Shown here piece after piece: positions 37,520 through 47,061 of a DNA stretch of 64,000 nucleotides. Within the stretch, counting starts at the first letter, position 1. The number at the start of each line of letters is the position of its first letter. The stretch comes from Parcubacteria group bacterium (GTDB taxonomy: Bacteria > Patescibacteriota > Minisyncoccia > Moranbacterales > UBA2206): the NCBI GenBank assembly GCA_041659505.1, contig JBAZYF010000004.1, positions 78,922-142,921 on the forward strand. The letters run 5' to 3'. Position numbers and translations under genes: made by a program. The notes below the pieces were generated by a model. The model was given only the letters and a program-made list of their open reading frames with translations. It ran no database searches and was not told the origin of the DNA.

Positions 37520-39637
37520 TCAACTCACACTAAATCCGCTCGGCGAAGTTGGCGCAGTCACATCTTCTATGCCGGAAATATATTCATAGGCACCGATCGA
37601 TGGTGGATCTGGACGAGAAAATCCAACCTTATCCGTCGGCACGCCAGCCAAAGGAATTCCAGCTCCGATGAGCGGGCTGTCCGACTGAAGCCGAAAATCA
37701 CAGGTATTATTAACGCAGTCCGTATAGGCAGCGATAAATTTAGGGTTTCCGCCGTTAATATAATCATGATCACCGGTTTCATCGATCAGCTCTGCTGTTC
37801 TCGCGCCATAGGTCGGCGGATTCCACATACCATAATAGTTGTTGGACGCGGGGTTGTTTGAACTATCTTTAATGAGACAGCTTTTTATTCCTTCAGCGTC
37901 ATAGATCCGTGGATCGCCATCGGGAACAGCCGAAGGATTGCAGGTGAAAGAACTGGTTACACCGGTTTTTTTATTCCAGCCCCACTGGTCACCAAACATT
38001 ACATCGACCGTTCCACTGACTACACAAGTCGTGTTCCAAGCGGTGTTGGTCCAAGTGATTCCACTGTCCGTGCAAGTGTTGCCAACGTTGGGGCAATTCG
38101 CACTCCAGTTTGGCGGCGTTGCACCGGTGTTGCCACTACCGGCTCCAACATAAACCGAACCGTTGGCGGTGAGCATCGCTTGCTCTCCACCCTGCCCGAT
38201 CCAATGTGAAATATCCGTATTGACCGACCAAGTTTGCGTGATAACATTTTTGGCGCACTCCACCCAATCTCCCATCGGCCCGCCACCAATGATGCCGAAA
38301 TTCGGATTAGTTGTTCCGCCAATAATAATATTATTGCGATATTCACCGCCGGTCGCCCAACCTTCCAAAGGATAGACTTGATCAGACTGAGCAATATTGA
38401 AAAAAGTATTGTTGTAAATTTTATCATTAGGAGCAGCAAAGCAAGTATTTCTGTGCGTAATATTAGCAAAAATATTATTATGCACCAGCCAATCATGATT
38501 ATTGTCTCCCTCCATCATGCAGGTCTGAGCTTCCAAATCATGGAAATAATTATTCTGAATTGTCACGTCGAAGGAATCACCCCCGACTATTTGGAAAAGA
38601 TCAGTGTGCGCACCACAATTGTCCGCCAAATCCGGTCGGTTCTCATTGGAATCCAAAAGATTTGAGACTTCATTATCTTCGATAATCGTTCCCTCAAGCA
38701 ATCCATCAAACACTCTTTCCGTGTTAATCAAGTTACGCACGATATTTCGACGAAAAATATTATCCACTCCGCCAGAAACAATCGGAATCCAATAAGATGA
38801 TCCAATCGCATAGCAATCGCCAGTTTCCCAAGTGATGCCAAGAGATGTGGTCAAAGAATGAGCGTCATTAGCAATGACTGTCCCCGCATCAGTTCCGGCC
38901 CAACTGTCTCCCGGATCCGTAAAATCCCAAATTCGCCGACCCTGCCACTGATTGGACGTCCAAGCAGAACTATAACTATCCGACAGTGTCGTACCGTTCG
39001 CACCCGTGTGATGTCCACCAACCAGAACCGGATTCGTGTCTCCTTCAATCAGATTATTTTCAGCAATATTGTCATGCCCGTCAAAAGTTATGGCTGCGCT
39101 GCCTACAGATTGGCTAGGGTTATAGAAATGACAACTGGTTACTTTGGAGTGACTCGGTGAGCTATCCCAACCGAAAGTTACGCCCGCGTACCCGGAAGAA
39201 TAACCATAAGAACCGGTGATACCCAGACCATTGACGATATTGTAGCTATGATTTATCTGGATGCCTGGACGGATAATCGCCGAATATTGCTGGGCGCCGG
39301 GAGTGATTTGAATAGTGATGTAAGTCGGACTGGTCGCGCAACTTGCGCCCGAGCATCCATCTGCTTTTGTCGTCAGCAATCCCTCGTCCGTGTGGTCGCC
39401 TCGAATATTAACTACATCCCCAGGAGAAACGGCCACATCAATCCCTTTCTGCACCGTACGAAAAGCACAGTTTCCAGATGATCCGGAAGCATCAACAGAA
39501 CCATTACAATTATCATTTCCATCCGTGCGGACATAGTAGTTCGTGGCACTAGCTCTAGCACCAAAACTAAAAATTCCACCAAAGATAATTAGACCGAGAA
39601 AAATTAATTTAGCGTTTAGCCTTTTAGCCTTCATCAT
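37520..39637 (-). CDS. Secreted right-handed parallel beta-helix repeat protein (pectate-lyase-fold), paralog 1 of 6
   Basis: Signal peptide. Many xNNxIxxN beta-helix rungs. Ends ...IGAYEY...PSGFSVS. Confidence 0.7.
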   Translation of the reverse strand: MMKAKRLNAKLIFLGLIIFGGIFSFGARASATNYYVRTDGNDNCNGSVDASGSSGNCAFRTVQKGIDVAVSPGDVVNIRGDHTDEGLLTTKADGCSGASCATSPTYITIQITPGAQQYSAIIRPGIQINHSYNIVNGLGITGSYGYSSGYAGVTFGWDSSPSHSKVTSCHFYNPSQSVGSAAITFDGHDNIAENNLIEGDTNPVLVGGHHTGANGTTLSDSYSSAWTSNQWQGRRIWDFTDPGDSWAGTDAGTVIANDAHSLTTSLGITWETGDCYAIGSSYWIPIVSGGVDNIFRRNIVRNLINTERVFDGLLEGTIIEDNEVSNLLDSNENRPDLADNCGAHTDLFQIVGGDSFDVTIQNNYFHDLEAQTCMMEGDNNHDWLVHNNIFANITHRNTCFAAPNDKIYNNTFFNIAQSDQVYPLEGWATGGEYRNNIIIGGTTNPNFGIIGGGPMGDWVECAKNVITQTWSVNTDISHWIGQGGEQAMLTANGSVYVGAGSGNTGATPPNWSANCPNVGNTCTDSGITWTNTAWNTTCVVSGTVDVMFGDQWGWNKKTGVTSSFTCNPSAVPDGDPRIYDAEGIKSCLIKDSSNNPASNNYYGMWNPPTYGARTAELIDETGDHDYINGGNPKFIAAYTDCVNNTCDFRLQSDSPLIGAGIPLAGVPTDKVGFSRPDPPSIGAYEYISGIEDVTAPTSPSGFSVS

Positions 39638-39650
39638 AAAATTAAATTTA

Positions 39651-39677
39651 TTCTGTTACTTGCCTTGTTACGTAACA
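39651..39677. promoter_or_regulatory. Operator-like motif TGTTACTTGCCTTGTTACGTAACA, 14 bp upstream of the paralog-1 start codon. Near-identical to the motif at the AbrB-like gene (48801-48827).
   Basis: 24/25 nt identical to 48801-48825. Contains the palindrome TTGTTACGTAACA. Confidence 0.5.
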
Positions 39678-39694
39678 TATTATTTACATCACTT

Positions 39695-41392
39695 TTATTC
39701 AACACTTAATCCTTGAGGTGTTATTGGGGACGTCGTGTCTGTTCCAAAATATTCATACGCTCCAATATCATAGGCGCCGGCAATTCTGGCAATCGGATTG
39801 GCTGTGCCGGCGGTGTTAATATTGCCATAATAGGGACTGCCGATTGTAGCGCCGTTATTGATTGCGTCGCCGGAGGTGATTTTGAAATAGTCGGCGTTGG
39901 GGAGCAAATTAGTTCCATAGGTGCCGGAAAATCCGGTGGGCAAAGTGCCACCTGCAAACGTTGGAACTGTGATCTTGGCCGTCGGTTCCCATGCTGCAGT
40001 TATTATATTATCACCCTCTCCGTCATAAACGATATGCTCTCCCCAGTTGCCGGTTGAGACATAGACGTGATCTGTCCCGCTTGAACGATAATATAGATTA
40101 TTATTGTGGATGAGCGTTCCACTGCCAATGTCAGCGTACATAGGGATATAATCATAGGCAGATATCGAAGTTGTTACTACGCTTAATATATTATTTTTCA
40201 AATTAAATGTAGGCGTTCCACTTATAGTGCTACTATCCCTTGAAAAACCAATGCACCCAACAAAAGTATCTATTCCGTTCGCCTCTGCATATAGCGTGTT
40301 GTTGTAAATTCCAAATTCGGAGTTTCCATAGTCTGAACTGCTAAAATTGATTCCATAACCCACATTATTATAAATCAGATTATTATAAAAATAACTTGTC
40401 TGATCTTGAGCATAAAAGTTTTGAAAGATAATGCCATCTTTTGTGTTATTGCGAATTAAGTTATATCGCACCACTAAATCAGTAGGTATCCCATTAATCG
40501 GCCCATCTAGTGAGTCCCTAACGCTTATTCCGTAAATCTGCCCCGGAGCCACCGCGCCGGTGTCATAAAGATCACACCACTCTATCGTCACGTTTTTTGA
40601 ATTGTTATTTACCGCTATCGCGATACCATTTCCGGATTTATTGCTGTCGTTATTATCCGTGCCGTTATCATACACCTTGCAATGGCTTATTATTACCCCG
40701 TCAACACCGTTTCCGCAGTTTGCAGTATTGCCCCAGCTCGGGTATACGGCGATTCCCTCATGGTAGGTATTATATATTTCGCAATTGGTTATGTTGATGT
40801 TAGTATTAACAATGCTGGAATTCGCTTTTGCGCCGACCAATATGCCATACATCCAATATTTCTGGGTGTTTCCTGTCGGCTGCCCTTGATCGTGGACAAC
40901 GCAGTTATCCACCGTAATATTTGATATTGGTGAAGAATTTGAGTATCCAATATAGATTCCACCAGAATTTATTTGACTACCGTCAACTTCAAAACCTGCA
41001 AAGATTACGTCACTCTCTATTATTCTGACCGTAGAAGTGTTTGATATGGCAGTAGCTTTCAATTTAGCTCTTGTACCTGTCCCGTAAGCTGACCCGTCAT
41101 AGGCAACACCGGACGTCGCGATCAACAAAGGATTATCGCCCGTCCAGGTATCCTGCGACCGGAAATAAACCGTATCCCCGCTAGCAACTATATTTGAATA
41201 TCCGGCAGTAGCCATAACGCGATCAGGCGTCGCCCAAGCATTGGCATCATCCAATCCAGACAAACTGTCATTGCCTCCGTTTTTGACATAATATGTGGCG
41301 GCACTGGCTTTGGCGCTCGCGCCGAAAATTGCAAAAAATAGGATTGCGAGGAAAAATATTTTTAGTTTTAATTTTACTTTTACTTTTAGCAT
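39695..41392 (-). CDS. Secreted parallel beta-helix repeat protein, paralog 2
   Basis: Conserved leader MLKVKVKLKLKIFFLAILFFAIFGASAKASAATYYVKNGGNDSLSGLDDANAWAT. Beta-helix rungs. C-terminal module ...DIGAYEYFGTDTTSPITPQGLSVE. Confidence 0.75.
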   Translation of the reverse strand: MLKVKVKLKLKIFFLAILFFAIFGASAKASAATYYVKNGGNDSLSGLDDANAWATPDRVMATAGYSNIVASGDTVYFRSQDTWTGDNPLLIATSGVAYDGSAYGTGTRAKLKATAISNTSTVRIIESDVIFAGFEVDGSQINSGGIYIGYSNSSPISNITVDNCVVHDQGQPTGNTQKYWMYGILVGAKANSSIVNTNINITNCEIYNTYHEGIAVYPSWGNTANCGNGVDGVIISHCKVYDNGTDNNDSNKSGNGIAIAVNNNSKNVTIEWCDLYDTGAVAPGQIYGISVRDSLDGPINGIPTDLVVRYNLIRNNTKDGIIFQNFYAQDQTSYFYNNLIYNNVGYGINFSSSDYGNSEFGIYNNTLYAEANGIDTFVGCIGFSRDSSTISGTPTFNLKNNILSVVTTSISAYDYIPMYADIGSGTLIHNNNLYYRSSGTDHVYVSTGNWGEHIVYDGEGDNIITAAWEPTAKITVPTFAGGTLPTGFSGTYGTNLLPNADYFKITSGDAINNGATIGSPYYGNINTAGTANPIARIAGAYDIGAYEYFGTDTTSPITPQGLSVE

Positions 41393-41406
41393 TTTTATTC
41401 TTTCTC

Positions 41407-43050
41407 TTAGTTTACACTAAGTCCGCTGGGTGCGGAAGGAGAAATTATGTCTGTGCCTTGATATTCATACGCTCCAATATCATAGGCGCCGGCAATTCTG
41501 GCAATCGGATTGGCTGTGCCGGCGGTGTTGATGTTGCCGTCATAGGGACTGCCGAGTGTGGCACCGTTGTTCAAAGCGTCGCCAGAGGTGATTTTGAAAT
41601 AGTCGGCGTTGGGCGCCATGTCAGTTCCATATGTTCCAGAGAAGCCAGTAGGTAGCTCCCCTCCTGTGAAAAGTGGGTTTGTTACTTGTACTCCGGATGT
41701 TTCCCATGAGGCTAAATCAGAGGCATCGTAAGCAGACGCGTCAACCTGAACCCACTTAATTTCTGGATGAGACAAGGCATTGTCTTGATAATACAAATTG
41801 TTAGAATGATTAAGAACATCCGACTGTATTAAGGCCGTGTTTTTATTATTCTGATGCTGCCAAAAAATATTATTCCTCACATTTGCTGTCAGTCCAGTAA
41901 CGACGCCTCCAGTTGTTATACACTGGCCTTGAGTATAATCTGTGTTAGTTGTGCTGATTTGAGCTACAGTATTATTGTAGAAATTGATTATGCTATTTTT
42001 GCTATCCCTCACCAATCCATAATCAGCCGTAGTAAAGTGAACACCAGTTGAAACGGGGGAGCCAGATGATCCGCTATTGTAAATAATATTGCCATAAATA
42101 TCCATTTCTATAGCAAAACCTCTCGGAGTAAATGATATTCCTGAGTACCGGCTTGAGTATATGAGATTATGCCGTAAAGTGACACCAGTCATGCATTTAG
42201 TACTCTCATATTCAGAACATTCAACAGTAACCCCGTAATAATTATCATGAATATTATTATATTCTGCTACTAAATTAGTGATGTCATCTTTAAGTCGTAA
42301 GCCACCTGAACTTTTATCAGCCGACATGCTTGAGTTGTACACTTCATTATTTCTAATAATTACGTCCCTGACATAAGCAGTTCTTGCCCAAGTAGGATAA
42401 ACTGATATTCCGCCCCATCCAGAATTATATACGACATTATTGGTCATGGTTATATCGCTTACGGTTAAACCGTCTGGCTGTACCGTCCCAATATATATTC
42501 CATTAGACCCTTGCGCGGCTGAACCGCAATCATGGACTACATTATCATCGATGGCAATGTGACCAAAATCAGCAGTAGCGAACGTATGACATGCATCTAT
42601 CCCAAAAACGTTTGTTGAACCTCCATCTATCTCAAACCCACCAAAGAGAACATTACTAACTCCAATTTGAACTACCCCATATGATTTTGTGGGATCTGTA
42701 CCATTATTAATAGCTTTTAAAAATGCACGCTGTTGTGTTCCTGTTCCGTACCCCTTGCCGCGATATGTAACACCAGTTTTTGTTATCAGCGTAGGTGCCA
42801 ACTCTGATATCCACGACCCCTGCGTGTTGAAATAAACAACATCTCCGCTGGTAAGTACAGTCGAGCCTGTCCACTCCACCATACCTGGACAGTGCGCCCA
42901 AGCATTAGCATCATCAATACCAGACAAGGAATCATTTCCACCGTTTTTGACATAATAGGTCGCGGCGCTGGCTTTTGAACTCATGCCAAAAATTGCAAAA
43001 AATAGAATTGCCAGGAAAAATATTTTTAGTTTTATTATTTTAAAATTCAT
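41407..43050 (-). CDS. Secreted parallel beta-helix repeat protein, paralog 3
   Basis: Same leader and C-terminal module (…YDIGAYEYQGTDIISPSAPSGLSVN). Divergent core. Confidence 0.75.
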   Translation of the reverse strand: MNFKIIKLKIFFLAILFFAIFGMSSKASAATYYVKNGGNDSLSGIDDANAWAHCPGMVEWTGSTVLTSGDVVYFNTQGSWISELAPTLITKTGVTYRGKGYGTGTQQRAFLKAINNGTDPTKSYGVVQIGVSNVLFGGFEIDGGSTNVFGIDACHTFATADFGHIAIDDNVVHDCGSAAQGSNGIYIGTVQPDGLTVSDITMTNNVVYNSGWGGISVYPTWARTAYVRDVIIRNNEVYNSSMSADKSSGGLRLKDDITNLVAEYNNIHDNYYGVTVECSEYESTKCMTGVTLRHNLIYSSRYSGISFTPRGFAIEMDIYGNIIYNSGSSGSPVSTGVHFTTADYGLVRDSKNSIINFYNNTVAQISTTNTDYTQGQCITTGGVVTGLTANVRNNIFWQHQNNKNTALIQSDVLNHSNNLYYQDNALSHPEIKWVQVDASAYDASDLASWETSGVQVTNPLFTGGELPTGFSGTYGTDMAPNADYFKITSGDALNNGATLGSPYDGNINTAGTANPIARIAGAYDIGAYEYQGTDIISPSAPSGLSVN

Positions 43051-43070
43051 TTCAAATTTACAATTTTAAA

Positions 43071-45068
43071 TTATTCCACTGCTAATCCGCTCGGCATATT
43101 CGGTGGAGTCGCGTCAGATCCTTGGTATTCATAGGCGCCGATATCATAAGCCGATCCTTGTGGTCTTGCAACTCCAAGATAATCCACATTATAGGGACTC
43201 CCAAGTGTTGCTCCATTGTCATAAGCAGTTGAAGAAGTGCTTATGCTTAAATCGCCCTCGGAAGGATCGGCATAATTTGGATCCGCGCTTTCAAATCCAT
43301 TGACATCAAATCCATTTCCTTGCCATGTTGCCCATGATACAGGATTCATTCCCCCACCAAAAACAGTTTGAATGGAATTTCCGGAATGATTATAATTAAT
43401 ATTATTATCTATTTCTACTGAACCAGCATTATAGGCGCCATAATAAATTGCTATTCCTAATTTTGAATAGAAAATATTATTTTTTATTGTAAAATTTCCT
43501 GGAGTATAAGCACATCCAGAATTGAGAGCAACGCCACCTCCGGCATTAGGAGCATAAATCGAATTATTTATAAAATAATTTTCTCCAGTAAGAGGATTAG
43601 CTTGTGTTGCACTTTGACCCGTATAAGCGAAAGCTGAATCGGCATGAGTTGACGTCTGTATGACTAAATTATTTGACCATACATTATTTTGGAATCCCCA
43701 ATCTAACCTTCCCGACGAATACATAGCAGTCATTGGTCCAATGATTTTATTTTTTGTAAACGTATTTCCTTGGATAGGCGCAGAATCAGCATATTGAAAA
43801 TAATAATAAGCTCTTAATGCATTAAGCGAAGATGACGCAATAAGGGCAGTCGCCTGATCACCCGTTAAACTGCAACTAATAAGATTATCACTAATCGTAC
43901 TATCCTGTACTGCTTGCCATGATATACCTTCACAGTCAGCGGTATCAAAATAATGGGTGAATTCAGGCACTGTATTTATTGATTGACCACTTGGAATTAT
44001 AATTTCCCCATGATGGGTTATCTCATTTTCTGTTACTAAATAATTTGAATGTTTTCCAACGCCTTCAGTGCCATTACTTGCCCAAAATGATATTCCAGAA
44101 TTACAATAACTTATATGATTTCCTTGTATTGTCATATCTGACAAAACAGCATTCGTGGAAGCATCAACAACCCCCCAAATCGCCCAATAGGTATTAGATA
44201 TTGTATTATTAGAAACGACATTGCCCTGTAAATTTGACGACCCAGATGCTCCATGCCCCATATGTATCGCAGTAGGACATCGAGTAAATGTTAAGCCATC
44301 AACTGTAATATAACTTCTATCACGAATATCAAATCCGGCAGGGGCATAATTAGAAGTTGCACCCTCACCGCCCATGGTCCATCCAAGAGATTCTAATATG
44401 CGGTCAGAAGGTGCTCCGCTTGATGGACTATAATACAATACAGACCCAGAATAATAAAACCATCCATTAGTCAATGATGCACTACTGCCAGGCAACAATG
44501 GCACTCCGTCTTCCCATAAAACTCTCGGTCTTATATAGGTTTGATTATATGTATAGATATAATTTCCAGTATAAATGCTGACATTTGTTGTATTTGTCCA
44601 TGTCCCTGTCAATAAAAACGTTCGATCAATCACAGGAGAATCACCTGGTGCCGCGGTATATGTGATAGGACTTCCTTCTGCTCCATCAGAAGGAGGAATA
44701 AATAAAGGTGATTCATTCCCAGTAGGCCTATAAGCATACACTGTTCCACCATGCGTCGTTGTTCTTTCTTCCATACCATCATCGCAAATATAAATAGTAT
44801 CGCCTGGAGCAAATGTCTGAGCATTGTGCGTAGCAACGGACATAGCTGTTGAAGCGGAAGAGCAGGAGGTGGCAGCGGACTTATCAGAAGCCGTTCCATC
44901 AAATCGCATATAATATTCTGCCGCGCTGGCATCTAGCGCTTTCATGCAAAAAACTGTCGGAAATAAAACCGCTAGAAAAAAGATTTTTAGTTTTAAATTG
45001 TCATTTTGCCTGCCCGAAATGCCGCCCATATTAAAAGTTTTTGACTGGTTATTTGTTAATATTTTCAT
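43071..45068 (-). CDS. Secreted parallel beta-helix repeat protein, paralog 4. The start may be Met at 45029.
   Basis: Leader NLKLKIFFLAVLF. Beta-helix rungs. C-terminus ...YDIGAYEYQGSDATPPNMPSGLAVE. Confidence 0.7.
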   Translation of the reverse strand: MKILTNNQSKTFNMGGISGRQNDNLKLKIFFLAVLFPTVFCMKALDASAAEYYMRFDGTASDKSAATSCSSASTAMSVATHNAQTFAPGDTIYICDDGMEERTTTHGGTVYAYRPTGNESPLFIPPSDGAEGSPITYTAAPGDSPVIDRTFLLTGTWTNTTNVSIYTGNYIYTYNQTYIRPRVLWEDGVPLLPGSSASLTNGWFYYSGSVLYYSPSSGAPSDRILESLGWTMGGEGATSNYAPAGFDIRDRSYITVDGLTFTRCPTAIHMGHGASGSSNLQGNVVSNNTISNTYWAIWGVVDASTNAVLSDMTIQGNHISYCNSGISFWASNGTEGVGKHSNYLVTENEITHHGEIIIPSGQSINTVPEFTHYFDTADCEGISWQAVQDSTISDNLISCSLTGDQATALIASSSLNALRAYYYFQYADSAPIQGNTFTKNKIIGPMTAMYSSGRLDWGFQNNVWSNNLVIQTSTHADSAFAYTGQSATQANPLTGENYFINNSIYAPNAGGGVALNSGCAYTPGNFTIKNNIFYSKLGIAIYYGAYNAGSVEIDNNINYNHSGNSIQTVFGGGMNPVSWATWQGNGFDVNGFESADPNYADPSEGDLSISTSSTAYDNGATLGSPYNVDYLGVARPQGSAYDIGAYEYQGSDATPPNMPSGLAVE

Positions 45069-45125
45069 AAGCTCGAATTAATTTTATGGAATTTCGCGGC
45101 AGGCGGGCATTTTGATATTTGCATT

Positions 45126-47045
45126 TTAATTTACCATAAGTCCTCCCGGAGCTATTGGCGACGTTGTATCAGTTCCAAAATATTCATACGCACCAATATC
45201 ATACGCTCCGGCAATTCTAGCAATCGGATTGGCTGTTCCGGCGGTATTGATGTTGCCGTCATAGGGACTGCCAAGCGTGGCGCCGGCGTTGAGAGAACTG
45301 CCAGAAGTGATTCTGAAATAGTCAGTATTAGGAAGCAGATTAGTGCCATAAGTTCCGCTGAAACTAACCGGAAGAGTGCCCCCGGTGAATGTTGGCGGAT
45401 CAATTAGTGCAGAGGCGTCCCAATCTCTTACTTGCGCTAAATTATAATTTCTAGCATTAGTGCCATATGTTCCATAGCGGATGACAGTTGCCGTTGGCCC
45501 TCCAATCGACCGGTAATAAATATTATTAGCTCTTGTTAGATGGCCTTGGGTGCAGGTATCATGGTCGTTATTATAACATTCTGTTATAGCGGGATAATCT
45601 CCGCTGTAGACAATATTATTTTTGAAATTGAATGTAGGGTTGCCCTTGATGTCATTATTTTGGATCCCAATCGCCCCGCCATCTCCGATGTAGATACTAC
45701 CTTTAATCGCAGCCGTACTGTTTACGTTGTAAAAGGTATTGTTATAGATATCCACGACCGTGTCTCCATAGTGGCAACTAGGAATCTTAAGATCATTTTT
45801 ATTATCAATAAACAAATTGCCATACAGCCTTGCATCAAAAGTTCTGCTTCCGAGGGCATTGGCGAATACAAAACCCTGATTATTATTCCGCACAATATTA
45901 TATCTAAACACAATATCATTGGGAACACCCGGGTCTGCGGGGATAAATTCTCCGTCGGTCACAACAGTTGCTCCGCTCGTATTTCCCTTAAGCACATCGC
46001 CATCGGAAGGGGCAACGATATAATCATTCGGCATAGAAATGAAGAGCGGACTTGCTTGCATGTGAGTTTGGGCTGAAAAAACTACTTGTCCGGTATCTGC
46101 TCCGCCTGACCAAGCACCTTGGCCATGATCCCATGATACAATTTCACCGTCCTGCAAAGTTCCAACCGGGTTGTTGTATGGCACATTAGCCGCTCTCGCA
46201 TAAGTCTCAATCTGTGCTCCATTGCCGGCATTATTATAGAGCGTACAATATTCAACAGTGACGTTATCTGCATCATCTTTGATATCCACTCCATTGCCAT
46301 AACCAGCAAGACTATTCCCATCCGAATCAATCCCTATGCCTGTGTCATGGACGGTGCAATTTCGAACTAAAACATTTTCGATACTATGCCCGCTTCGCGT
46401 CCAAGTCGGATAGATAACAATTCCCGCCCGCATAGTGTTATATACTTCCGTATTTGTTATGGAAACATTTTCAACAGAATAATTATATCCCCCAACAGTG
46501 CCAATGTAGATTCCCCTGATCCACCAATCTTGATAGGTCGTTCCCACATCATGCACGACACAATCATCGATCGCGAGATCGGTGAAACTTTCATTGCAAT
46601 AACCGCAGGCATCGATACCGCTAGTGTCATGCGAAGCCACATCGATTTCGAAGCCTTTGATATTGACGTGGCTCTTGGAAACAATAATTACTCCGTCACC
46701 ATCATACCCAGCATCATCCTTATCTCCTGTTGCCCGTAAAATCGCCCTCGCGCCAGAGCCGTACGTCGAACCATCATAAGTCGCACCCTCCTTTGCTGTT
46801 ATGGCAGGCGGATTGACTGCCCAAGTGCCTTGATTGTTGAAATAGACCGTGTCGCCACTCGTCACTGTCGCCTCAACTTTGGCAGTGGTCGCCCAAGCAT
46901 TTGCGTCGTTGAGTCCTGAGAGACTATCGTTGCCACCATTTTTGACGTAATAGGTGGCGGCGCTGGCTTTGGCACTCACGCCAAAAATTGCAAAAAATAG
47001 GATTGCAAGAAAAAATATTTTTAATTTTAGTCTTTGCTTTAGCAT
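45126..47045 (-). CDS. Secreted parallel beta-helix repeat protein, paralog 5
   Basis: Leader MLKQRLKLKIFFLAILFFAIFGVSAKASAATYYVKNGGNDSLSGLNDANAWAT. C-terminus ...YDIGAYEYFGTDTTSPIAPGGLMVN. Confidence 0.75.
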   Translation of the reverse strand: MLKQRLKLKIFFLAILFFAIFGVSAKASAATYYVKNGGNDSLSGLNDANAWATTAKVEATVTSGDTVYFNNQGTWAVNPPAITAKEGATYDGSTYGSGARAILRATGDKDDAGYDGDGVIIVSKSHVNIKGFEIDVASHDTSGIDACGYCNESFTDLAIDDCVVHDVGTTYQDWWIRGIYIGTVGGYNYSVENVSITNTEVYNTMRAGIVIYPTWTRSGHSIENVLVRNCTVHDTGIGIDSDGNSLAGYGNGVDIKDDADNVTVEYCTLYNNAGNGAQIETYARAANVPYNNPVGTLQDGEIVSWDHGQGAWSGGADTGQVVFSAQTHMQASPLFISMPNDYIVAPSDGDVLKGNTSGATVVTDGEFIPADPGVPNDIVFRYNIVRNNNQGFVFANALGSRTFDARLYGNLFIDNKNDLKIPSCHYGDTVVDIYNNTFYNVNSTAAIKGSIYIGDGGAIGIQNNDIKGNPTFNFKNNIVYSGDYPAITECYNNDHDTCTQGHLTRANNIYYRSIGGPTATVIRYGTYGTNARNYNLAQVRDWDASALIDPPTFTGGTLPVSFSGTYGTNLLPNTDYFRITSGSSLNAGATLGSPYDGNINTAGTANPIARIAGAYDIGAYEYFGTDTTSPIAPGGLMVN

Positions 47046-47061
47046 TTTGCTTTTTCCAATT